From Promethearchaeota archaeon (GTDB lineage: Archaea; Asgardarchaeota; Lokiarchaeia; Sigyniarchaeales; SOKP01): a stretch of 52,085 bases of DNA. The stretch covers positions 1-52,085 of the forward strand of contig JAGXNO010000025.1 of the NCBI GenBank assembly GCA_019894975.1, given 5' to 3'. The translations under genes were made by a program, and so were the position numbers. Numbering within the stretch: position 1 is the stretch's first letter; every line of letters begins with the position of its first letter. The notes beneath the pieces were generated by a model, which was not told the DNA's origin, did not search any database, and saw only the letters and a program-made list of their open reading frames with translations. Below, one piece after another: positions 28,910 through 38,104 of the stretch.

Positions 28910-31900
28910 TTATTTAAAAAATCGCTTTTTCCTGGATGTTTTTATTATTAGCACTATTCCAGCAATTAAAGTTCCATAAATACTAAATTGAACTACTAAG
29001 TCAGTAATTTCTTTTATGGTCATTGTGGTGACGCTAGTTGATTGCACCGTAACTAAAATATTCTCACTTACCGAATTCCAGTTGTCATTAGTATCTCTTG
29101 CATGAATTGTAAAGGGTATATCTCCTGTTGTACTAGGAACCCAGTTGTCAAATTCCCACGTATTTCCTGCTGTATTTATCATCGTATGATTAGAACCTTC
29201 AAATTCAATAAGAACTTCACTAACATTTGAGAAATCTATAACATTAACTTGAATAAATGTAGATTGTCCCAAATATGTAGGTTCATTTCCCTTTACTAAA
29301 TTGGAAATTGCAGGACCTGATGTATCTATCACTGTAATATTGTTATCTAACGATACGGTGTTGTTAATTAGGTCAATTGCATAGAGAGAATAGATTTTTA
29401 ATCCAGTAGTATATGGAGTCCAATTATTATAACGCCAAGTTATTCCTTCTACAAATGTCATCGTATAATTGATGCCTTCAGTCTCAAATAACACAAGATT
29501 TATTGGAGAAAAATCCAGTATCTCCACTTGTATTATTGCTGTATCTCCTAATTCTAAGGGATCTGAAATCTCAACTAAGTTTACTAAAGTTGGTGCCGTA
29601 GTATCTATAACTGAAATATTGTTTTCTAAATTATTCCAATTATTGTTTATGTCTTTAGCATAAATGACATAATCTTTTACTCCTATAGAGGTTGGAATCC
29701 AGCTACTATATTCCCATATCGCTCCGCCTATATTAGATAGTGTATAATTAATACTATCAATTTCAATTAATACCTGAGTAATAGGTGCTAAATCAATAAC
29801 TTCAATTGAGATTATTTCGGTTTGTCCTAACTCTATTGGATCTGCACTCTCTACTAGATTTGTCAATGAAGGTTGTATTGTGTCTTGTACAGTTATTGAA
29901 TTGGTTAAATAAACCCAATTTCCCTTGGTATCTTCGGCATAAATTGTATACAATTTTAATCCTGTATTAGTGGGTGTCCAACTATTATATTCCCAGGTGT
30001 TTCCCCCGGCATTGGCCATCGTATAATTTACTCCATTAATTTCTATAAGCATTTGATTAATACCAGATAAATCTGTAGCATTGAGTTGAATTGTTTCTAT
30101 TTGCCCTAATTCTAAAGGATCAGCACTCTCAGATAACATAGATAAGGTAGGACCGTTTGTATCCACTACAGTGATATCATTTGTTAAAGAATTCCTATTT
30201 CCTTCATTATCATCAGCGTATATTGTGTAGGATTGTAATCCTGTGCTAGTTGGTGTCCAGCTATCATATTCCCATGTCGATCCCCCGATATTAGACATCG
30301 TATAATTTACACTCTCGATCTCTATTATTACTTGACCAATTCCCGATAAATCTGTAACATTGATTTGAATATTTTCGGTTTGTCCAAACTGTAATGGATC
30401 ATCACTTTCTAATAAGTTAGATAGGATCGGACCTGTTGTATCTACAACAGAAATATCCTCGATTAAAGAGATATCATTATTACTCGAATCACTAACATAA
30501 ATAGTATATGATTTTAAACCGGTAGACGTAGGATTCCAGCTGCTATATTCCCAAGTTACTGTATTTATTTTCGACATTGTATAATTAGTTCCTTCAATTT
30601 CGATTAATACAGAGCTAATCGGAGAATAATCAATAATATCAACCTGAATCATTTCTGTTTGCCCTAATTCTAAGGGATCAGCGTTTTCATACAAGTTTGT
30701 AAGTACGGGTGCCGTTGTATCTATTACTTCAATAAGATCGGATGTAAAATTCCAATTGTTAGAATTATCTTGAATATAGATAAAATATTGATATATTCCA
30801 ACTGTATCTGGTATCCATGTGTCATTTAACCATGTATTCCCACCTATATAATACATTGAATGGTTCACGCTTTCATATTCAATTTTGACTTGGTTGATTC
30901 CTGATAAATCTGTTGTATCTATTGTAATCGCTATTGAGTTTCCCAATTCAAGTGGGTCGACGCTTTTTATTAAATTTCCGAAATTTGGGGGTGTCGTATC
31001 TTGGACTAAAATACTACCACTAATTTGGTTCCAATTATTTAAAGAATCATTAGCATAAACTTTAAATAATTTTATTCCTGTAGTATTCGGTTCCCATATA
31101 TGTTGATACCTTACTCCTCCTATATTTGTCATAGTATAATTTATTCCGCTAATTTCAATAAATACTATACTAACTCCCTCAGAATCACTAATATCAACCT
31201 CAATAACCTCTAATTGACCTAATTCTAGAGGATCCTCACTTTTAGATAAGTTTTGAATTGTTGGTCCAGATGAGATTATAACCTCAATAGAACCATTTGT
31301 CATATTAAGATTATCACTATTATCTACCATGTAAATAGTGTAGTTGAATATATTTTCGGATGCAGGTTGCCAATTTGCCCATCTCCAAGTATCAAATCCC
31401 ATAAAATTCATAGTGTGGTTAACATTATCATATTCAAGAAAAATATTTTTCACTCCTGAACCGGGTGCATCATAAACTTCAATTGAAATTGTTTCATTTT
31501 GCCCTAATGGGAGTGGATCCGCACTTTCAATTAAGAAATTATATGTTGGTGCAGTTGTATCAATTACAGTAATATCGCTACTTATTGAATTCCTATTTCC
31601 TTCATTGTCAGTAACATAAATTGCGTAAGATTTTAATCCTGTGCTAGTGGGCGTCCAGCTATCATATTCCCATGTCGCTCCGCCTATATTAGTCATCGTA
31701 TAATTTACACTCTCAATTTCTATTACTACTTGACCAATCCCCGATAAATCTGTGGCATTGATTTGAATAATTTCCGTATGCCCTAATTCTAATGGATCAA
31801 CGCTCTCGATTAGATTTGAAATGGTTGAAACTGATGTGTCAATTACTGTAATATCACTACTTATTGAATTCTTATTCCCTTCATTGTCAGTAACATAAAT

Positions 31901-33451
31901 TGTGTAGGATTTTAATCCCGTGCTAGTGGGCGTCCAGCTATCATATTCCCATGTCGCTCCACCTATATTAGTCATCGTATAATTTACACTCTCAATCTCT
32001 AATAACACTTGATTAATACCTGACAAATCAGTAGCATTGATTTGAATAACTTCCGTTTGCCCCAATTCTAGAGGATCCGCATTTTCGACTAGACCAAAAA
32101 GATTTGGAGGAATAGTATCCTGTACGGTTATAGAATTCGTTAAGGTGTTCCAATTTCCTTCACTATCGCTAGCATATATTGTATACGATTTTAATCCTGT
32201 GCTAGTAGGAGTCCAGCTATCATATTCCCATAATGATCCACCTACATTAGTCATTGTATAATTTATACTATCAATCTCTATTAATACTTGACTAATAATA
32301 GATAAATCTGTAACATTGATTTGAATAGATTCTGTTTGCTCTAATTCTAATGGATCAGCACTCTCAACTAAGTTAGTTAAAGATGGTAGTACTGTATCTT
32401 GAACTGTGATAGAATCACTCAATGAATTCCAATTTCCATCAGCATCACTTGCATAAATCGAATAAATTTTTAATCCAGTATTTATCGGATTCCAACTATT
32501 ATATTCCCAAATAGTTCCTAGGATATTTGTCATAGTATAATTCACACTTACAATTTCTAGTAATACTTGACTAATGCCCGATAAATCTGTAACATTAATT
32601 TGTATTGTTTCTATTTGTCCTAATTCTAAAGGATCTGCACTTTCAATCAAATTAGATAGTGTCGGAATTGTTGTATCAATTACATTAACTGAACCACTAA
32701 ATGAATTCCAACTTCCCTCTGTATCAGAAGCATAAATTATATAATTTTTTAACCCTGTTATATTTGGGGTCCAATTATATTCATAAGTATTACCAACAGT
32801 GTTAGACATTGTATAGTTTATACTTCCTAATTCAATAAGAACTGTACTTACGGTGGTTTCAGAATCAGTTACATCTACACTGACGGTTTCTTCTTGTCCT
32901 AATTCTAATGGATCCGCACTTTCACCTATATTACTAAATTGAGGTGGATTGTTTAGAGCTTCTATTGTTAATATGAAATCTCCATGTGCAAAAAAGGAAC
33001 TTGATCCCCCCGCTCTATAGATTGCATCAGCATGAAGTGTATAGGATTGTTCAGTGGATGGTGCAGTGACTTGGAAGTTAATAATAATAGAATTTCCAGA
33101 TCCGTCTATTGAAGCAGATTTTTGAGTGGCATCAAAAGCAAAGTTTTTATTATCTCCTCTTCCAGGTGAACCACTTGGAAAGCCCACAGCAATACCACTT
33201 CCCTGAGCCTCTGTGAAGCTATTGATTTGAATACTCACTGTAAATATTTCATTGGGGCTGATTGATGTTCCTGAACTAGATGAAATTGAAATATATCCCG
33301 AACTGCTTTGGGTTATATCTCCATGACAACTAGCGTGTCCCTCTCCTGAAAAATCATCAAATTGTGAAGTTCTGGCTATAGCTAAACCAACAATTGAAGA
33401 AATTATTATGACTGTAATTAAGAAAGCTTTAATTTTTCTATTTATTCTCAT
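28910..33451 (-). CDS. Giant surface protein: signal peptide, single-Cys HASCH head domain, 14 tandem ~93-aa Ig-like repeats, C-terminal TM anchor
   Basis: GEGHASCHG (the only Cys). Repeat consensus ESADPLELGQTExIQINxTDLSGIxQVxIEIxSVNYTMxNIGGxTWEYxSWTPTSTGLKxYxIYAxDxxGNxN. Ends FSIYGTLIAGIVLII-KTSRKKRFFK. Confidence 0.8.
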   Translation of the reverse strand: MRINRKIKAFLITVIIISSIVGLAIARTSQFDDFSGEGHASCHGDITQSSSGYISISSSSGTSISPNEIFTVSIQINSFTEAQGSGIAVGFPSGSPGRGDNKNFAFDATQKSASIDGSGNSIIINFQVTAPSTEQSYTLHADAIYRAGGSSSFFAHGDFILTIEALNNPPQFSNIGESADPLELGQEETVSVDVTDSETTVSTVLIELGSINYTMSNTVGNTYEYNWTPNITGLKNYIIYASDTEGSWNSFSGSVNVIDTTIPTLSNLIESADPLELGQIETIQINVTDLSGISQVLLEIVSVNYTMTNILGTIWEYNSWNPINTGLKIYSIYASDADGNWNSLSDSITVQDTVLPSLTNLVESADPLELEQTESIQINVTDLSIISQVLIEIDSINYTMTNVGGSLWEYDSWTPTSTGLKSYTIYASDSEGNWNTLTNSITVQDTIPPNLFGLVENADPLELGQTEVIQINATDLSGINQVLLEIESVNYTMTNIGGATWEYDSWTPTSTGLKSYTIYVTDNEGNKNSISSDITVIDTSVSTISNLIESVDPLELGHTEIIQINATDLSGIGQVVIEIESVNYTMTNIGGATWEYDSWTPTSTGLKSYAIYVTDNEGNRNSISSDITVIDTTAPTYNFLIESADPLPLGQNETISIEVYDAPGSGVKNIFLEYDNVNHTMNFMGFDTWRWANWQPASENIFNYTIYMVDNSDNLNMTNGSIEVIISSGPTIQNLSKSEDPLELGQLEVIEVDISDSEGVSIVFIEISGINYTMTNIGGVRYQHIWEPNTTGIKLFKVYANDSLNNWNQISGSILVQDTTPPNFGNLIKSVDPLELGNSIAITIDTTDLSGINQVKIEYESVNHSMYYIGGNTWLNDTWIPDTVGIYQYFIYIQDNSNNWNFTSDLIEVIDTTAPVLTNLYENADPLELGQTEMIQVDIIDYSPISSVLIEIEGTNYTMSKINTVTWEYSSWNPTSTGLKSYTIYVSDSSNNDISLIEDISVVDTTGPILSNLLESDDPLQFGQTENIQINVTDLSGIGQVIIEIESVNYTMSNIGGSTWEYDSWTPTSTGLQSYTIYADDNEGNRNSLTNDITVVDTNGPTLSMLSESADPLELGQIETIQLNATDLSGINQMLIEINGVNYTMANAGGNTWEYNSWTPTNTGLKLYTIYAEDTKGNWVYLTNSITVQDTIQPSLTNLVESADPIELGQTEIISIEVIDLAPITQVLIEIDSINYTLSNIGGAIWEYSSWIPTSIGVKDYVIYAKDINNNWNNLENNISVIDTTAPTLVNLVEISDPLELGDTAIIQVEILDFSPINLVLFETEGINYTMTFVEGITWRYNNWTPYTTGLKIYSLYAIDLINNTVSLDNNITVIDTSGPAISNLVKGNEPTYLGQSTFIQVNVIDFSNVSEVLIEFEGSNHTMINTAGNTWEFDNWVPSTTGDIPFTIHARDTNDNWNSVSENILVTVQSTSVTTMTIKEITDLVVQFSIYGTLIAGIVLIIKTSRKKRFFK
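29050..32950 (-). repeat. Intragenic tandem repeat, ~279-bp period, 14 units
   Basis: Near-identical DNA units, e.g. those starting at 31560 and 31839 (279 bp apart). Other units are more diverged. Confidence 0.85.
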
Positions 33452-33620
33452 TAAAAACCCTTTTTTTTAAATAAATCCTTCGTGTTAACGAAAGGATAAA
33501 ATATTAGATATAAGATTTAAGTTAGGAAATCTCAAACATAATAAAAGATTTATTAAAACTGGTTACTTTAAACCAATCTATATAGTTCAATTTCATAATC
33601 TAACAAGATTTCCGTTTTTA

Positions 33621-33635
33621 GTTTCAGTTTGAAAC
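33621..33635. promoter_or_regulatory. Palindromic operator-like site
   Basis: GTTTCAGTTTGAAAC, 170 nt upstream of the ATG of the giant surface protein. Confidence 0.45.
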
Positions 33636-33693
33636 AGGTGATTGGGAATAAATTCCCTTAATTTTATTTCGATTTGGAAAGAATGAGTAATAT

Positions 33694-35421
33694 TCAGTCT
33701 TTTTTATGCTCCTTCTTAAGAAAAAAAGTTCTTAAAATTGATGGAATTATTCCTACCAAAAAAAGTATGAACCCGGTTATGAAAAAGATATCTTGAAAAG
33801 TCTCAAACATTGAAGGAATTATTGTTCCCACAAGTATGAACGAGATACCTGAATGAATTATTGTTTTAGAATTTATTCTGAAAAAGTATGCAATTCCTTT
33901 TTTCATTGTAAAATTTCTTGTAAACTTGTAGAATGAAGAAATAATAGAGATAAAGTAAATTACTATTATAGGATTTATCCATATTCCCGAAAAAAACAAA
34001 AATGAAAAAGATAAAACTGATTGAATTGATACACCTAAAATTATTATTAATCCTATCCATTTTAGATCAAAATATTCCCACAGAGAACAAAATACAAGTG
34101 TTACAGCTAAACCAATTGCTAGAATTAAGGAAGTTATAATATAGAAGTCTGGTCCGATGTAAATTTCATTAAGAGGAAAATAAGTTGACAAAATATTAGT
34201 TAATGGGGTAATTAAAAGCCCAAAAATGCATACAAAAGATAAACCAAATAAGAATAAATAACTCAAATAATCAAATAGAAGTTTTTTGTTTCTATATTCT
34301 TCCATCAAATAATCTAGTACAATATATATTACATAAAGCGAAAAGCCTGTCAATATTAATCCCACTAGGACAGTCCATACTATCAACTCAGATCCTCCGG
34401 TGAAAGAATGAATTGGTGATATTCCCCCTCTTGTAACTAAGGTAGAATAGATTATTGATAAGAAAATAATTCCTACATTGATTTTTATTAAATTAGGGTT
34501 TTTCTTTTTGAATATTATAGTATGAAAAAAGGCAGTACTAAAAAGCCATGGAATTAGAGAAACAGTTTCAACAGGATCCCATCCCCAATACCTCCCCCAA
34601 TTTAATGCAATTTTAGCCCAATAAGCTCCTAATCCAATGCTTAAGGTGAGAACTAACCATCCAAATTTTACAGAAAAATTATAGAACTCTTGCTCATACG
34701 AATTCATTAATTCTAAGTTCCGTGTAGTAATTTCAGCAATAGTTATGGTAAAGGGGATCAAAAAAATACCATAAGCAATAAACGTAAAAAATGGGTGCCA
34801 TATCATAAACGGTGACATTAAAATAGGATCTAGACTTGGATGGAGATTTGGATTCCCATTTATGAATGCAGGTGATATATCGAGTTTAAAAGTATTCACT
34901 GATAATAAAATGAACAGGAAAACAATTGATATAACCAATGATATTAGAACAGAACGTATAAAAACCAAGTCTTCCCTATTTTGGTTTTTAATTCTATAAA
35001 AGTAAACTATAACCGAATTGAACATCATCCAAGTCAAAATCGAACCATTCTCTCCTGCCCATATAAAAACAATTTTATAAATAAGAGGAAGTGCGGAATT
35101 GCTGTAGTTCATTACATATACAATTTCAAATATATTATTTAGAAAACAATACATTAAAAGGATAAATACAAATAAGGTCAGAACCATGTTGAGCGTAGAT
35201 AGAAGTTGATAATTCAATTTTTTTACAATTAGTAAGAAAAAATCAACTATCAATACAATAATTAGAATTATAACTAGAGAATTCCCAAGAAAGGATATAA
35301 CAATTATACGGGAGTTAATTACGATTAAATCTAAAATTATGGGAACAATTACAAGCAAACATAACAATAAACTGAGATTTATGATAAGGGTTCTTTTGGA
35401 TGATAGATCCTTGAGCTTCAT
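33694..35421 (-). CDS. ccmF: Cytochrome c heme lyase CcmF
   Basis: WAGENGSILTW, WHPFF, WWD domain GAYWAKIALNWGRYWGWDPVETVSLIPWL, AFFH, RGGISPIHSF, IIHSG. Confidence 0.92.
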   Translation of the reverse strand: MKLKDLSSKRTLIINLSLLLCLLVIVPIILDLIVINSRIIVISFLGNSLVIILIIVLIVDFFLLIVKKLNYQLLSTLNMVLTLFVFILLMYCFLNNIFEIVYVMNYSNSALPLIYKIVFIWAGENGSILTWMMFNSVIVYFYRIKNQNREDLVFIRSVLISLVISIVFLFILLSVNTFKLDISPAFINGNPNLHPSLDPILMSPFMIWHPFFTFIAYGIFLIPFTITIAEITTRNLELMNSYEQEFYNFSVKFGWLVLTLSIGLGAYWAKIALNWGRYWGWDPVETVSLIPWLFSTAFFHTIIFKKKNPNLIKINVGIIFLSIIYSTLVTRGGISPIHSFTGGSELIVWTVLVGLILTGFSLYVIYIVLDYLMEEYRNKKLLFDYLSYLFLFGLSFVCIFGLLITPLTNILSTYFPLNEIYIGPDFYIITSLILAIGLAVTLVFCSLWEYFDLKWIGLIIILGVSIQSVLSFSFLFFSGIWINPIIVIYFISIISSFYKFTRNFTMKKGIAYFFRINSKTIIHSGISFILVGTIIPSMFETFQDIFFITGFILFLVGIIPSILRTFFLKKEHKKD

Positions 35422-35594
35422 GAAAATTACCTAAAATGTTATTATTAAACAATTTTAATAAATATTTTCGCTTTCAAACAAAATAGGGGAAATTATTGCG
35501 GTAATATTTTAAAAAAAATATAGTTTTTAAATTATATCGATCAAATTTTTAAATCTAATATTCAAATTAAAAACAATGTCTTATTTTATTATAA

Positions 35595-36479
35595 TTGGAA
35601 AGTAAAATGAAAAAGAAAACTCTCATCCTATTCATAAGCATTATCGGTTTATTATCTATATCATTATTAATCTATGGAACTGGAAGACCCAATTATGGTG
35701 ATACTCATGATTCAAGCGGTTGTCATGATAACTTTGGAGGGTACACAATTTCAAGCACCGTACCAGTAACAACTACAGTAAATAATGTCTCATACACTAT
35801 ATTTAACGTAACGGCTACAGGATCAAACTTATTTGTACAGGCATACCCCGGAGCTAATGATAATGATAAATTTATTATCCTCCCAACATCTAGTAGAATA
35901 GTTGATGCCTCAGGAGATGATTTAGATCCTAATCCTAATGCGATTACTATTGCATTTAATGTCACACCTACCTTAGTACAGAATTCCTATACTCTTTTTA
36001 TATTAGCAGGAAATAATTTGACTGGCAGTCCTCCGTTTGCTTATGTTGAAATTATAATTGGAGCCCCTCCTAAATTTGATCTATTATCTAAAATATATGA
36101 TCATTTAGGCTTGTATTTAGGATTACCCGCTTTATTATTAATATCAATTGCTACAGTTCTAGTACTGGTAAATGAAAATAAATTCGTGAAAGTGCATGGT
36201 ATTTTATCAGGGAGTGCTTGGATATTAACTGCAATCAATTTATCTGCAGCGCTTATAAAAATATCACCTAATGCTTGGTTCAGTGTTTATCCCCTTATTT
36301 ATCATGTTCCTCATATAATTTTGGGATTTATAGGTTTAATTTCAGGATTTCTTAGCATGTTTTTTGGAATCGCAGCAGAAAGAAAACCTGCTAAAATAAC
36401 GGGTTACATTGCATTATTAAGTTGGTGGGCTGCTTTCTTTTTAGGATATTTTCTAAATAACAATCTTTTATTACTATAA
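35595..36479 (+). CDS. Exported single-Cys (HDSSGCH) domain fused to a cytochrome b561-like membrane domain
   Basis: Signal anchor, HDSSGCH (the only Cys), beta-rich domain, then 4 TM with His in DHLG, KVHGILS and YHVPHIILG. ATG at 35607 is possible. Confidence 0.65.
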   Translation: MESKMKKKTLILFISIIGLLSISLLIYGTGRPNYGDTHDSSGCHDNFGGYTISSTVPVTTTVNNVSYTIFNVTATGSNLFVQAYPGANDNDKFIILPTSSRIVDASGDDLDPNPNAITIAFNVTPTLVQNSYTLFILAGNNLTGSPPFAYVEIIIGAPPKFDLLSKIYDHLGLYLGLPALLLISIATVLVLVNENKFVKVHGILSGSAWILTAINLSAALIKISPNAWFSVYPLIYHVPHIILGFIGLISGFLSMFFGIAAERKPAKITGYIALLSWWAAFFLGYFLNNNLLLL

Positions 36480-36500
36480 TGATTCAGGTGGTATAACAAA

Positions 36501-37982
36501 TTGAACCAATCTAACAATAGTAAAGTAGAAAACCGAACAATAAAAAAAATAGGGAAACAAGATCTTGAGAGTCAATTTTTAGAATTTATATCTTCATATC
36601 ATGTAAGCACTAATCCTTATGAACTTGAATCCGCTTCTGCAGATCTGACGTCTCTACCCTCGTATCATTATAAATTTAAAAAGCAATATCTTGCTAGTCA
36701 TATTATCCGTCCAGCTAATGTTAACGAACTTTCACGAGCGATTAAAAAGTGTAGAGAACGTAATATTCCTGTTACGATTAGAGCTGCAGGGACTTCTTGT
36801 TTTTCTTCAGCGACACCTTCAAAAGGAGGTGTTATTATAGACATGCGTAGATTAAATAAAGTCCTTGAAGTAAACAAAGAAAAAATGATTGTTAAGGTTG
36901 AAAGTGGAATTTCTTGGTTAAATTTAATAGAAGCACTAGCAGATTATGGACTTGAGCCAAAAACTTTTCCAACCAGTTTCAAAACATCCTGTGTAGGAGG
37001 TTTTATTGCAACTCCAGGAAAAGCGGGAATAGGAGTAGTAAAATATGGACCAATGGAAGATTCGATTAATTCATTAGATTTTGTTAAACCTGATGGATCT
37101 ATAGTTAAGATTTTAAAAGATTCTAACGACGAAATTACTTTAAAAGATATTATTGGAACTTACGGTATATACGGAGCAATTTCAAGTGTTGAATTGTCTG
37201 TGACGACGCTTAAAACATCATTAGAGATAATAGGTTATGGTTTTGATTCAATAGGGCAAGCCTTTAATTTTTATGAAAAACTCAAGGTTGAACTCCCAAA
37301 TAAACCTTTATTTCTCTCAATTTCAGAGAGAGATTTCGAAAAATATTCGCATATAAATTTCCCAGAACGTGATTGGTTAGTCTGGGCAGCTTTTTATGAC
37401 GATCCTGAAGCAACTTCAAAGAGTGTATCAGATGTTAAATATTTTGCCTCGAAAATGAACGCTTTCGAAGTAGATAGTTCGTATTTAAAAGAAAAGTGGC
37501 GTGATATAAGCGATGCTGAAGTATCAATTGGTTTATCAGCGAGAAATTTAATATTTCAAGAATATTGGATTTCCGATATGAGATTAGAGAGTTTTATAGA
37601 TTATTATGTAAAAGAAAGGAGGAAATATAAATTCCCCACTGCTTCCTATGCTATTTCGGGTGAAAAAGGATGGACTAGGGTAAAGATCTTTGGACTTACG
37701 GACATTAGTAAACCACGAGAATTTTTCACAGTAAAAGCTTTTTTACATGATTTATCTGTTAAAGCATTTACCCAAGGAGATAGGCTCTATACTATCGGGA
37801 TAGTTAACTCCTTTTACCTCATCAAGTATAAACCAGAAGAGGTAATGAAATGGAAGATTCTAAAGGATAAATTAGATCCAAAAGATTTATTTAATTCATA
37901 TCGATTAACTAAAGCAAGAATGAAATTTTGGAGGGTTGCTTTGCTGTTTAACACAGCGAAAATATTATACAAAATTTTTTAA
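36501..37982 (+). CDS. FAD-linked oxidoreductase (GlcD/D-lactate dehydrogenase-like, VAO/PCMH fold)
   Basis: IIRPANVNE, VTIRAAGTS, GGVIIDMRRLN, SCVGGFIAT, GTYGIYGAI, and C-terminal LKDKLDPKDLFN. Confidence 0.82.
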   Translation: MNQSNNSKVENRTIKKIGKQDLESQFLEFISSYHVSTNPYELESASADLTSLPSYHYKFKKQYLASHIIRPANVNELSRAIKKCRERNIPVTIRAAGTSCFSSATPSKGGVIIDMRRLNKVLEVNKEKMIVKVESGISWLNLIEALADYGLEPKTFPTSFKTSCVGGFIATPGKAGIGVVKYGPMEDSINSLDFVKPDGSIVKILKDSNDEITLKDIIGTYGIYGAISSVELSVTTLKTSLEIIGYGFDSIGQAFNFYEKLKVELPNKPLFLSISERDFEKYSHINFPERDWLVWAAFYDDPEATSKSVSDVKYFASKMNAFEVDSSYLKEKWRDISDAEVSIGLSARNLIFQEYWISDMRLESFIDYYVKERRKYKFPTASYAISGEKGWTRVKIFGLTDISKPREFFTVKAFLHDLSVKAFTQGDRLYTIGIVNSFYLIKYKPEEVMKWKILKDKLDPKDLFNSYRLTKARMKFWRVALLFNTAKILYKIF

Positions 37983-38104
37983 TGAGAATGGTTTTAATAC
38001 TAAAATCAAATCAATGGATTGAGGTATAATATATAACAATTAGATTTAATATAAAATAATATATGGTTTCAATAGAAAAAGTACGAAAAAAGAGATAATG
38101 ATAA

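Noticed and set aside
29050-32950. Long DNA repeats as a possible CRISPR array, DGR or mobile element
   Set aside because: They are in-frame 279-bp coding repeats. No reverse transcriptase or transposase is present, and I saw no adenine-specific mismatch pattern.
24566-33635. GTTTCA...TGAAAC motifs resemble CRISPR repeat ends
   Set aside because: They are isolated 15-mers with no regular repeat-spacer periodicity and no cas genes.
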